Counted from the first letter of the stretch, positions 14,466 to 27,479 are shown. The stretch: 64,000 nt of DNA from Eledone cirrhosa (GCA_964016885.1 OZ024749.1:4526001-4590000), one strand, 5' to 3'. Notes: a model not told the origin generated them from the letters alone. Program-made: numbers and translations.

Positions 14466-16868
14466 TTAACTGTATACTTTGTGAAAAGTTCTATGGAATT
14501 TATGCAGGCAGATAGAAAACAAATCTGAGCGTCTATTTATTATAGAATCTAGGTTAGAGATAATGGTAAATTTTTCATTTAGGCAGAGATTACAGATTTT
14601 AGATAGAGAGCTGTTCAAGTATGAGGATGCAGAAGAAATCTTCTTCCAAAAGATGGTATATTTAATGTTTTTGTCTTTTAAGGACCATATGAGTTCTGAG
14701 AGAGCAGTGTTAGTTCTTTTAAGTTTGTATTTGAAAGATGAATGATGATTATAGAGACGAGCTTTAAAAGAGGTGGAAGTGGAGCCAAAATAGGTGAAGG
14801 AATTGGTGCTAGTTATAATTTTACATTCATAAATTAAGTTTTTATCGAGGCAATGGTTGTTGAGAGGACATTTATTTTTAATGCGGCAGTTGCAATTAGA
14901 GAGATTATTAATGAGTGATCTAGTGTTATCTATAGAAGGAATTGGATTGGAGAAGTTGTTTGCGATAGGAATAATAGGAATAATAGTTTCTTGATTTAGA
15001 GTTGGATTATGAACATTTAGCGAAGTTGTGTTTGACGTTGTATTTGGGTTTACAGAAGTTAGCCTAGGGTTTACAATGACGTCGGGAGTACTATTACTGT
15101 TATTATGAAATTCAATATTGGAAGGAAGAGATTTAGTATTTAATATTTTGTTGTTGTGTTTAGAGATGATGTTGGAAATATTGGAGGATGTAGAATACGA
15201 AAATTTGATGGTGTGTTTGTTAAATATTTTACTATAGATATGTGAGGGAGGGAAGCATTTATTTAAGGCACTAAAAAATAATTTAGGAATATTGTTATTA
15301 ATAGAGATGGAGAAAGGAGCATTATACCAGATTATGTTTTTGTATCTAGGTCTTTTATTAAAATTATTGGAATGGTCATGATTAATTATTCTACTGTAAG
15401 TTTTTCTAGAATTTGTTTCTTTATTATATTTGATTTTATCTGGATAGCCGGCTTTAGAAAGTGCGTTATTATAGTAATTGGCGTTAGCATCAAAGATGTT
15501 TTTATTAGAAGATATGTTAGATATTCTATTTCCAATATTATTAACTATAGCATTCTTGATATTGGTAGGATGGTTAGATTTAAAGTTAACATAATTAAGG
15601 CTCTCATTGTTTTTATGGTAAGGGTAATATAGGCAAGTGTCAAGATTAAGAGATACATCCAAGAAATTAGCTAGTTTGATACTATTATCAAATTCAATTT
15701 TTAGGTTATGTTGGTTAAAGATATTACGTATATTGTTCTTAATAATATTAAGTTTAACTATATTGCAATTTAGGATAGTAAAGAGTCCATCGTCACGATA
15801 AATTCCACCGCGAAGTTGAGGAATTTTCCGAATCAAAGAGTTCAAAATGAAGATACCAATTAAATCAGTCAATTGGGATGAATCGGATGCTCCTATTGTG
15901 ATGTCGAAGTTGTTAGAGGTATCGGCTCCGGTCCAATATTCGTTGTTGAACTCTAAGATGGTTTTACGTGCGGTGAGGATGATGTGAAGTTCATCTGTGG
16001 TGATGTCAGAATATTTAAGTGCGAAAGATAGAGCATTATTGAGAAGTGAAGGCGAAATGGAGGAATAGTAGCTGGCAATATCAAATTGAATACATTTTAG
16101 TTTGTTTTTATTATCCTATTTGTTGAACCAGCCAATCACTTCAGAAGTACCAAACCATAAATTTAGGTTTAAAGAAGAGCAATTAGAACTAACCTGTGGG
16201 ATAATCCTATCCAAGATGGCTTTACTAACAACCCCCAGATCAGATTTAGAGGGGGCGATTAATCTAACAGCTAGTTCAGTGCGAAAATTGTTTTTGTGAT
16301 CCTTGAGATTTATCCTCGGAGTTCTTGGGAGGAATGGTTCGGTCTTTTTTTCAATGCCAAGTTTTGACATAATCTCATAGGCTTCAAGGTTTATGCATTC
16401 TAAATTTTCATGGTTGGTTTTACGATACTTTTTCCTAAGTTCCTTTAGGATAAGGTTGTTATAATTATCCTTGGAAATACCATATAGGTTATTGGTTTTG
16501 TCAGAGTGGACTAAAACATTTTTTGAGGAATTTAGGTTAGAGATTGTGTTCTTGAGATTTACAAGGTGCTCTTGTCCTTTGTAAGGGTATCTCTTGAATT
16601 TAAGATTTTTTATTATTTTAGTTAATTCTTCCTCGAATTGTACTAGATTTTTGTTGGAAGGAGGATTTCGTCTAGAATTAAAAAGATGATCGAGGAAGTT
16701 GTGTTCTTTGGTATGAAAGTTCCCTTTTAGGCGCTGGTCATAGAAATAGGCTATCCATCTAAGTCTTCTTACGAAGGAGTCAGTTTTTTCAATAAGAAGT
16801 TTGGTGAATTCAGATTTACAAGGTACAGGAATGTCTTTAGTTGAATTGGTTATGTTGTAATATTCCAT
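14466..16868 (-). pseudogene. PLE reverse transcriptase-GIY-YIG endonuclease, ~800 codons, one in-frame TAG
   Basis: ORFs 16116-16928 and 14466-15872 share a frame; reading through gives WFNK*DNKNKLKCIQFDIASYYSSI...FDITIGASDS..YRDDG. Also SDKT, CNCRIKNKC, LIY..YFG, CNLCLNEK. Likely ATG (MEYYNIT) at 16868. Confidence 0.9.
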
Positions 16869-17074
16869 GTTGTAGAAGAAGAGGTGAAGGACCATCAAAA
16901 GGTATCCAATATGAGAGTAAGCGCTCAACCGTTAAGGAGCAAGTTAATGTAGGAGGTGAGTTTTATTGTAGTACAATAAAGCAATGCAGATATCGGATAA
17001 GAAGCACTCTACAGTTTGTGGGACTGGAGTATGCATAATATAAGATCAAAAGATGGTTAAAGGAGTTCCATATA

Positions 17075-17141
17075 TTTTATTATGCGCATTTCAAAAACAA
17101 ACATCATCAAGCAATAATATTTGTGTTTTCATCAGATAAAA
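17075..17141 (-). ncRNA. Type I hammerhead ribozyme, 5' pLTR
   Basis: Same motif as 13619-13685, 3456 nt away. Confidence 0.82.
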
Positions 17142-17581
17142 CAGGAGAACATGATATGAAGGCTAAAAAACACTTGTGGATAGTGCAGTTTTAAATCAAG
17201 ATATGAAAAGTGGTTTTAGATTGATGTGTGATATTGGGAAAAATATATTATTTAGAGAGGGGGGGGATGAAAAGGGAAGGAGATGAGAGGGAGAGATGGG
17301 TGATAGAGAGAAAGAGATAGTTTTTATAACTGAGAGGAGATATATTTTTTACATAGAGAGGTTGAAAACCGTTGGAAGATACTGTATAAATTAAAAATGT
17401 TGTATGTATATATATATGTGTTTATAAATTATATGTGTATATATATATGTGTTTATATATATATATATGTATGTATGTATATATATGTGTTTGTATATAT
17501 ATATATGTATGTATGTATATACATGTGTTTGTATATATATATGTATGTATGTATATATATGTGTTTGTATATATATGTATG

Positions 17582-17613
<32 letters not shown>

Positions 17614-17849
17614 TGTATGTATATGTATGTATATATATATATGTATGTATATGTATGTTTATGTATGTATGTATGTATATATATATGTATGTATATGTAT
17701 GTTTATGTATGTATGTATGTATATATATATATATATGTATGTATATGTATGTATATATATGTATGTATGTATATATATATATGCTTGTATATGTATATGT
17801 ATATGTATATATATATATATGTGTATATGTACATGTATATATATATATG

Positions 17850-17950
<101 letters not shown>

Positions 17951-17979
17951 ATATGTATGTATATATGTATGTATATATG

Positions 17980-18075
17980 TATTCCCAGTAAATGTTTTGG
18001 TTGCCGACTCTGTGCAAGACATTTTAGATCATTGGCTGGGCTGAAAAGCCACATTCGATCGCAGCACTGTTAGTT
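17980..18075 (+). mobile_element. LINE 3' coding remnant with C2H2 zinc finger (RTE-like)
   Basis: [26 protein letters not shown] possible matching 3' terminal hairpin (ctcg ataa cgag...gcagcc) lies at ~18500-18540. Confidence 0.5.
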
Positions 18076-18081
18076 GCTATC

Positions 18082-18119
<38 letters not shown>

Positions 18120-18198
18120 GCTTATGTGCGTGCGTGTGTGTGTATATATATATGAATATGTATATTATTGTTGTTGTTGTCGTTATTAATATTATTGC

Positions 18199-18250
<52 letters not shown>

Positions 18251-18431
18251 GTTATTAATGTATGTGTGTATATGTGTGAGTGTATGTGTATGTATGTGTG
18301 TGTGTATATATGTATGTATGTGTATGTATGTGTGTGTGTATATATATGTGTATGTATATATATATGTATATATATGTGTGTATATATATATATATATATC
18401 TTTTCCCTTTTTTTTTTTTTTTTTTTTTTTC

Positions 18432-18476
<45 letters not shown>

Positions 18477-18635
18477 TTTTTTTTTTTTTTTTTTTTATTG
18501 TGCAATGGCCATACTCGATAACGAGGGGGCAGCCATCATATATGTATGTATATATATATGTTTGTATACGTACATACATATATGTATACAGACGTACAGT
18601 AGCATGCATATATATATATATATATACACATATAT

Positions 18636-18678
<43 letters not shown>

Positions 18679-18846
18679 CATATACATACATACATGCAGG
18701 TACACATACATATATGCACGCATCAGTTTAGCAGACGCTTATTAAAGCGCTTGCTTTGTTCGTTTGTCAACAAACTGAACAGCCTGAATTTATGCCATAC
18801 GGTGTTAAGGCAACCACGTCACCTTTTTGTTCAACACTGACACAGG

Positions 18847-18891
18847 AACGATGTACTAGTTTCAAGCTTGTTAGCTATCATCAGCACCGTT
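18847..18891 (-). ncRNA. Type I hammerhead ribozyme (family A, unit 1)
   Basis: aacggtg-CTGATGA-tagct aaca agctt-GAAA-ctag-TA-catcgtt; stem I extends over ~18829-18915. Confidence 0.8.
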
Positions 18892-19163
18892 TACCCATCT
18901 GCCAGATATTTGAACGTTCGAAAGTATATACTTTCCTTATGAAAATTAACGGCTGAGCAGCCTAATTTGCATATTGAGTGAGTTAAATCGGTCAGGCATA
19001 CCGAAAACGATAAGTTGAAAAAAATGAAAACGAAAAACGAAATTTCATTTCTCACTCTTAGTATGGCACTTACTTAAATGTAAGTATGTATGTATACGTA
19101 CATACATATATGTATACAGACGTACAGTAGCATGCATATATATATATATATATACACATATAT

Positions 19164-19212
<49 letters not shown>

Positions 19213-19380
19213 CATATACATACATACATGCAGGTACACATACATATATGCACGCATCAGTTTAGCAGACGCTTATTATAGCGCTTGCTTTGTTCGTTTG
19301 TCAACAAACTGAACAGCCTGAATTTATGCCATACGGTGTTAAGGCAACCACGTCACCTTTTTGTTCAACACTGACACAGG

Positions 19381-19425
19381 AACGATGTACTAGTTTCAAG
19401 CTTGTTAGCTATCATCAGCACCGTT
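19381..19425 (-). ncRNA. Type I hammerhead ribozyme (family A, unit 2)
   Basis: Same core as unit 1, 534 nt apart. Confidence 0.8.
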
Positions 19426-19539
19426 TACCCATCTGCCAGATAGTTGAACGTTCGAAAGTATATACTTTCCTTATGAAAATTAACGGCTGAGCAGCCTAAT
19501 TTGCATATTGAGTGAGTTAAACTATCTGGCAGATGGGTA

Positions 19540-19584
19540 AACGGTGCTGATGATAGCTAACAAGCTTGAAACTAGTACATCGTT
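19540..19584 (+). ncRNA. Type I hammerhead ribozyme (family A, unit 3)
   Basis: aacggtgCTGATGAtagctaacaagcttGAAActagTAcatcgtt; predicted cleavage after 19577. Confidence 0.8.
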
Positions 19585-19752
19585 CCTGTGTCAGTGTTGA
19601 ACAAAAAGGTGACGTGGTTGCCTTAACACCGTATGGCATAAATTCAGGCTGTTCAGTTTGTCGACAAACGAACAAAGCAAGCGCTATAATAAGCGTCTGC
19701 TAAACTGATGCGTGCATATATGTATGTGTACCTGCATGTATGTATGTATATG

Positions 19753-19797
<45 letters not shown>

Positions 19798-20071
19798 ATA
19801 TATGTGTATATATATATATATATATATGCATGCTACTGTACGTCTGTATACATATATGTATGTACGTATACATACATACTTACATTTAAGTAAGTGCCAT
19901 ACTAAGAGTGAGAAATGAAATTTCGTTTTTCGTTTTCATTTTTTTCAACTTATCGTTTTCGGTATGCCTGACCGATTTAACTCACTCAATATGCAACTTA
20001 GGCTGCTCAGCCGTTAATTTTCATAAGGAAAGTATATACTTTCGAACGTTCAACTATCTGGCAGATGGGTA

Positions 20072-20116
20072 AACGGTGCTGATGATAGCTAACAAGCTTG
20101 AAACTAGTACATCGTT
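20072..20116 (+). ncRNA. Type I hammerhead ribozyme (family A, unit 4)
   Basis: Same core as unit 3; predicted cleavage after 20109. Confidence 0.8.
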
Positions 20117-20284
20117 CCTGTGTCAGTGTTGAACAAAAAGGTGACGTGGTTGCCTTAACACCGTATGGCATAAATTCAGGCTGTTCAGTTTGTTGACAAA
20201 CGAACAAAGCAAGCGCTATAATAAGCGTCTGCTAAACTGATGCGTGCATATATGTATGTGTACCTGCATGTATGTATGTATATG

Positions 20285-20331
<47 letters not shown>

Positions 20332-20422
20332 ATATATGTGTATATATATATATATATATGCATGCTACTGTACGTCTGTATACATATATGTATGTACGTA
20401 TACATACATACTTACATATATG

Positions 20423-20455
<33 letters not shown>

Positions 20456-20588
20456 GTATGTATATATATATATGTATATATATATATATGTATGTATATA
20501 TATATATGTATGTATATATATATATGTATGTATATATATATATATATGTATGTATATATATATATATGTATATATATATGTATGTATG

Positions 20589-20621
<33 letters not shown>

Positions 20622-20626
20622 GTATG

Positions 20627-20659
<33 letters not shown>

Positions 20660-20751
20660 GTATGTGTATATATATGTATGTGTATATATATGTATGTATA
20701 TATATATGTATGTGTATATATATTTGTATGTATATATATATGTATGTATAT

Positions 20752-23700
20752 ATGTTTTCTCTTTCTCTTAATTTTGAGTATATTTTTTGACCGGCCACCT
20801 TCCTGGTGGTAAGGTTGTAAAAGAAAAGAAATTGTCATCCCTTGAATCGCAAGAATGTTTTGCAAATTTTGAAGGTGCCAGCTATCGCAGCCATTTGTAG
20901 ACTATGAATTAGGGAGCTGCGCTTTTTGTCCGCAAATCCAAGTTCAGTCATACTTTGGTCCAAGCGGGTTGGTATATAACCCGTAGCACCAATAATGATG
21001 GGTATGAAGCTAAAGGTGTAACTTGGAGACTGGATTTGTAAACTCCTCATCAATGGTCCGTAGATGTCCTCCTTCTCCTGTATTTTTCTGACAACGTTTA
21101 CATCAAGTGGGCAGCTGATCTCCACAACAGAACACGTTTTCAATGTGTGGTCCCAAACTACAATATCAGGCCGGTTGTGCTTTAATTTGGTGGCAGTTTT
21201 TATTTTCAGGTTCCACCAGTATTCCTTAGTGCCATCTGTCTCAATATATTCTTCCTCGTTTGTTGTTGATTTTTTTTTCCGAAGTGCGTTCCAGATGGTT
21301 CTAGCTATCCCATCGTGTCTTATGGGGAGGTAGTAGCGAGATGACATTCTTTCGCAGCTGGCAACAATGTGGCTTACATCCTCGATCTTTTTTTTTACAT
21401 AGCCTACATTTATTGTCAGCTGCTGGCCCTCCTCTTTTGTGCAGCAGATATTTGGTAGGGAGTTCTTGTTCCTGTATTGCATAGAGATATCCCTCAAGGT
21501 GTGATGTCATAAACTTGTCGGAACTCCATGCCAGGCTTTTTGAGTGGTTTATCCCCTCTATGATCTGTGTTTTACGCCTCAAGTATCCATGCACAACTTT
21601 TTCTGTAAATTGGTCAATTTTTTTTTCTTGTTTGAACATTTAATAGGATCTTCCGATTTCTCTGGGTGACAGATTTATATCGGGCTTTATTCCATATCTC
21701 TCCTCCAGATCAGTCGCTATTCTAATGATATTTCTTTTTTCATGGTCATAAACCTGGGCAAGATGGTTGCCAACCTTTTTCCTCTGTTGAAGGTGTTGCT
21801 TCAGTGTCACTATCCGGGTCTCATATGTTGTTAATATTGATTTTAGACCCCGGCCACCTTCCTTGCGTGAGAAGTATAGCCTATCCACATCACCATTGAT
21901 GTTAAAGTTCCCAGTAACACTGAGAAGTTTTCGAGTTCTAACATCCATCTCACTTAGTTCTTGCAATGACCAGTTCAGTAGGCCAAATGTTGGCGTTAGA
22001 ATTGGCACAGCATAAGTATTGTGGGCAATGTATTTGTTGTATGCTGACAGTTCTGATGACCATATTTTCTTTACTCTTCTGAGGTATTCAGTTCTGGTTC
22101 TCTCCTTATTTATGGGTCCATCATATCTGACATTCTCATCCTGTCCAAGATATCTGTAGTTGTCACCTGACTGCAGAGATTGTATTGTCAGGCCGTTCAT
22201 CTCTAGATTTCTAGAGGAGGGCACAGCTCTTTCACGTTTTACTGCCAAATATGCACACTTGGACTCACCAAATTTCATTTTGATGTCGGTTGAAAATTGT
22301 GTAATGAGGTCCAATTGTTTCTTGATGTCATTGATATTTGGCCCATAAAACTTCAGGTCATCAACAAAGAAAAGATGGGAGATACTTCTGGTCCCACTTC
22401 TTTGTCGACCTTGTTTCCTGAGTAGGTAAGATAGTGGATTCAGTGAGAGAACGAAGAGTAGCACTGACAAGCTATCACCCTGAAAGATGCCCTTCTGGTA
22501 ATGTATCTTATCAGTCTTAACCTGCTCCTTCTCACCTCTAAGGATCAAACTGGTGTACCAGTTCTTGGTCAGGCGTTCAACAGCAGCTACCAATGGTTGT
22601 GGGACTTTAGCTAACTGTAAAGCCTTAACAATCCACCCATGAGGTACACTATCAAATGCTTTATGATAGTCCAGCCACACGACAGTCATGTTTCTGCGAT
22701 TCTTTGTTGTTTTTTCCTGAATCATTTTGTTAGTTAGTAGGTGATCTATGCAACCCCACACCTCCCTCTTTCCACCAGCTTGCTCAGGTGTTATGATGTT
22801 GTTGGTAGCACAGTGATCCTGTAAGAACAGGTTAAGGCACCCAGTATATAATTTATACATGATGTTTTGGCAGGCAATTGGGCGGTAATTTTTAGCAAGG
22901 GTGGTTTGGCTATTTTTGGGAATGAGCAGAGTAGAGGCAGTTGATAACCATCTGGGCAGTTCTTGTGTGCCCTTAATGGTTTCTGTAAACAGCCGTATGA
23001 GATCTTGCCGATAGAAAGTGAAATTCTTCAACCAGTATCCTGTAATGAGGTCTGGGCCTGGCGATTTCCTATTCGACATTTTCTGTAGAGCTGTTTCCAG
23101 TATTGACCCATCTATGTCATATTGTTTTGTCTGGACATGTTGGCAGTAGTCCTGTTCCAGTTCTTTTAGCCAATTAGCTTGTCTGTTAAATCCGTCATCC
23201 GTTTCCCATACAGATCTCCAGTAGCTCTCAACCTGTTCTTTTGAAGGGGTGTCATTTACAGAGATTGAGCTTTTGCCACCGAAGCTGCGATAAACTGATT
23301 TAGGATCTCTGGCAAACAATCTATTTAGCACTTGTCGTTTATGTGCTGTTGACTTATATTTTAGTCTTTCTGTTGTAGCTGTGAGTTGTTGTTTCAACTG
23401 GTGTAATTTGGAGTTCAAAGTTTTAAATTTTGTATCTCCAAATCTTCTCTCTAACTTTTTCTTTAGGTCTTCCTGGTGTTGTGTGAAGTTGCTCTCTATG
23501 TTGCATTTCATAACGACTGCGATGTGTGAGATACTTCGTCTCAGGGACAAAATTTTGGTTTTTAAATTTCGCATCCACGCTGGTTCAGGCTTTCTGTTTG
23601 TATCTTGATTGCGTGGTTTTAGATGTGTGTTATATGCTAGCAATGTGACAGCTGAAACATATAACAAAACATTAAGCGTTTCAAATGTCGTTTCTACACC

Positions 23701-24780
23701 TTTAGATCGTATAGCCTTCAGATAATTGCCAGCTATTTCGTTCACCGCTTCCAATTCCAATTTAGTGGGTTCTTTACTGACTCTAGTGTTGTATGGTCTG
23801 TCACTCACATTAAGGCTGTGTATCTCTTGAAACATATCATTCCATATCACTTGTAGGGAGCCCACAAGTTTTTGGTGCTCTGTTTGTTCAGTAGAGTCAT
23901 GAATTTCAGCCTCGTTGTTGATGTGGTGACAATTACTACTAGAGTCAGCTGACCTTTCTCGCTGTTCTTCAGTGGAAGTGGGATGAATTTCAGCAAAATT
24001 GTTGGTGAGCTGTTCACTGTTAGATTTAGCTGGCCATTCTCTTTGTCTGTCAGTGGAGGTGGGGTGGTTGTCTACAAGGGCTGTATTTGTAGTATCACTC
24101 GATTCCGTTAGATGTATCAATTTACATCTAATGATACGTTTTGCCTGTTCATTTAAATGCTTTGGAGAAAACTTTAATTCTGGGTGTTTGGAGTTCCATA
24201 AAGTTTTTAGCCTTTGCATAAAACCGAACTTTTGGGGTTCAGATTGTTTGTATGCTTCATATAATACTTTGTTAAGCTCGTAGGTCCACTGTGTACAACG
24301 GTTGTAATTGCGATTTGGTCGAAGGAAACTTGTACTTTTTGCCATGATGAGTTCGTCTATTCACTAATATTTCGTATTTATTTTTCAAAATAGTCGATGA
24401 TCTTCTTTAAAAGTTACGACAAAGTTCTGTCAGAATCAAATTTAAAGTTATTCACAGCTTGAGTAATATTTCTTTTCAGTTAGTTTTTAATTCTACAGCT
24501 GTGTTTTATATAAATGTAATATTTCTTTATAAATGTAATATAAAAACGTTGCATTTATATGTTAAAGTGTATGTATCGTTCATATATCATAAGTGTATGT
24601 ATCGTTCATATAAATAGGTGTTTTACAACACACTTACAGTTCAAACACTTATGTAGAATTATTGTATGTAATCTTACCGCGTAATGTAGCTCAACTTTTT
24701 CCAATATATGTTATGTTGCCTTCATGTAAGCCGTAATTACACACGTCCGATTATCGGACACTGACCACAACGGTCGCCAT
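20752..24780 (-). mobile_element. Near-full-length R4-clade (Dong/Rex6-like) non-LTR retrotransposon
   Basis: Single RT + CCHC + restriction-like endonuclease ORF, ~430-nt 5' UTR, TA-type microsatellite on both sides. Confidence 0.88.
20835..24345 (-). pseudogene. RT-zinc knuckle-RLE polyprotein with one stop and one frameshift
   Basis: KSPGPD, NYRPIAC, WLDYHKAFDSVPH, GIFQGDSLS, LFFVDD. In-frame TAA at 21640-21642; frameshift in the A-run near 21390 joining CRLCKKK to IEDVSHIVASC; then RHD, NRPDIVVWD, VEISCP, EKEDIY. Confidence 0.9.
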
Positions 24781-25300
24781 TTTATATATGTATGTATGTA
24801 TGTATTTATATATGTATGTATGTATATATGTATGTATGTATATATATATATGTATGTATATATATATATGTATATATATATGTATATATATATATGTATA
24901 TATATATATGTATATATATATGTATGTATATATGTATGTATATATATATGTATGTATATATATATGTATGTATAAATATATGTATGTATGTATATATATA
25001 TGTATGTATATATATATGTATGTATATATATATATGTATGTATATATATATATGTATGTATATAAATATGTATGTATATATATATATATGTATGTATATA
25101 TATATGTATGTATATATATATGTATGTATATATATATGTATGTATATATATATGTATGTATATATATATGTATGTATATATATATGCATATATATGTATG
25201 TATATAAATATGTGTATATATGTATGTATATATGTATGTATATATGTATGTATATGTATATATGTATATATATATATGTATGTATATATATATGTATGTG

Positions 25301-25345
<45 letters not shown>

Positions 25346-25728
25346 GTATATATATGTGTATATGTATGTATATATATATGTATGTATATATATATGTATG
25401 TATGTATATATATATGTATGTATATATATATGTATGTATATATATATATGTATGTATATATATATATGTATGTATATATATATGTATGTATATATATATA
25501 TATGTATGTATATATATATGTATGTATATATATATATGTATGTATATATATATGTATGTATATATATATGTATGTATATATATATGTATGTATATATATA
25601 TGTATGTATATATATATGCATATATATGTATGTATATAAATATGTGTATATATGTATGTATATATGTATGTATATATGTATGTATATGTATATATGTATA
25701 TATATATATGTATATATATATGTATGTG

Positions 25729-25775
<47 letters not shown>

Positions 25776-25798
25776 GTATATATATGTGTATATGTATG

Positions 25799-25835
<37 letters not shown>

Positions 25836-25846
25836 GTATATATAGG

Positions 25847-25901
<55 letters not shown>

Positions 25902-26532
25902 ATATGTATATATATATATATATATGTGTGTATATGTATATATATGTATATGTATATATATGTATATGTATATATATGTATATATATGTATATGTATATA
26001 TATATGTGTATATGTATATATATATGTGTATATGTATATATATATATATGTATATATGTATATATATGTATATATGTATATATATATGTGTATATGTATA
26101 TATATATGTATATATATATGTATATATGTATATCTATATGTATATATGTATATGTATATATATATATGTATATATATATGTATATGTATGTATATGTATA
26201 TATATGTATGTATATGTATGTATATGTATATGTATATATATGTATATGTTTATATATGTATATGTATATATATGTATATATATATGTATATATATATGTA
26301 TATGTATATATATGTATATATATGTATATGTATGTATATGTATATATATGTATATATATGTATATATATGTATATGTATATATATGTATGTATATGTATA
26401 TATATGTATATTTATGTATATGTATATGTATGTATATGTATGTATATATATATATGTATATGTATATATATATGTATATGTATATATATGTATATATATG
26501 TATATGTATATATATGTATATATATATATATA
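24781..26532. repeat. (TA)n/(TATG)n/(TATATG)n microsatellite
   Basis: Direct inspection. Confidence 0.93.
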
Positions 26533-26862
26533 TCACCGGATCTCAACCCTCTCTATGTTTCTGTATGGTCAATTCTTGAGAGTGAGGCTGCTCTTCTCCT
26601 AGCCAAAATATTGAAACTATAAAATCAAAACCGAATAAAGTTTGGGAGAAAATACCCATGGAAACTGTTCGTGCAGCCATCGAAGACTTTCCTAGAAGTC
26701 TTCGAGCGGTAGTGAGAGCTAGAGGAAAACATTTCGAATAAATGTGTGTGCAGTTGTTTAATAGTATATTACTTACTAATTGCTGCAGTCAGGTCTTGAA
26801 ATAAATGTTATTTCAAGAACTATTTGCATTTTATTTTGTAACAGTTGTTATGCCTCAACCTG
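26533..26862 (+). mobile_element. Tc1/mariner-superfamily transposon right end
   Basis: SPDLNPL.SVWSILE...VWEKIPMETVRAAIEDFPRSLRAVVRARGKHFE* (frameshifted); ends ...TTATGCCTCAACCTG followed by TA. Confidence 0.8.
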
Positions 26863-26928
<66 letters not shown>

Positions 26929-26933
<5 letters not shown>

Positions 26934-27027
26934 AACCAGTAAGACCCCGACAGCTGAGCTCAAGCCGTTTCGACGGCTCAAGTCGAAACGGCTTGAGCTC
27001 AGCTGTCGGAGTCTTACTGGTTCCTAT
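26929..27027. repeat. 46-bp-arm fold-back containing half a hammerhead
   Basis: Arms 26929-26974 and 26982-27027, one mismatch, loop GGCTCAA. Confidence 0.9.
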
Positions 27028-27103
27028 TACCCACTCTACTACCTCAAGTATCGAGTACTTTGGTGCGTTATGGTCCACCTGGTTCCTTACCACATTTCCT
27101 TCG

Positions 27104-27148
<45 letters not shown>

Positions 27149-27479
27149 ACACGTATGTAAGTAGTTTGGTTGGCAATTATACTAATGTGCACAGACACAC
27201 AGATATATTGTCCTTGGTATGACAGTGTGGTTTTAGCTCACTGTAGGATAACTAGTATACTACAGAGCCGTTATATGTTTAGGAATAACGAAAGAGTGCT
27301 TAGAAATACATTGTTTTATTTGCTAACAGTGTTTAATCCATACCCCAGGGCAGGAATCATCAGAACCTATAAACAAAAGTATATCAAAGGCTGGAGGCTC
27401 CATCGAGTCGAGTCATCAGAACAAGGAAGGGCAAGTAGGGTGACACAATACATATATACATATAATGTCACAAAAAATT

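Larger units (their letters stand above)
13582..17395 (-). mobile_element. Near-intact Naiad-type Penelope-like retroelement with direct pseudo-LTR
   Basis: 13582-~13940 is repeated at 17037-17395; RT + C-terminal GIY-YIG ORF lies between; an HHR in each repeat; (TA/TATG)n flanks. Confidence 0.92.
18562..20417. mobile_element. Head-to-head inverted array of family A HHR repeats (two tandem units per arm)
   Basis: Period 534 nt on the left arm and 532 nt on the right; arms ~18562-19445 and 19520-~20403 are reverse complements around a 74-nt spacer. Confidence 0.92.

Noticed and set aside
18756-18956. 66-aa ORF repeated three times
   Set aside because: Antisense to the ribozyme, non-ATG start, and not preserved in the 7.4-kb and 30.5-kb copies
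24700-24780. Possible HDV-like ribozyme at the R4 (or RTE) 5' end
   Set aside because: I could not assemble the nested double pseudoknot by hand; only short hairpins are visible
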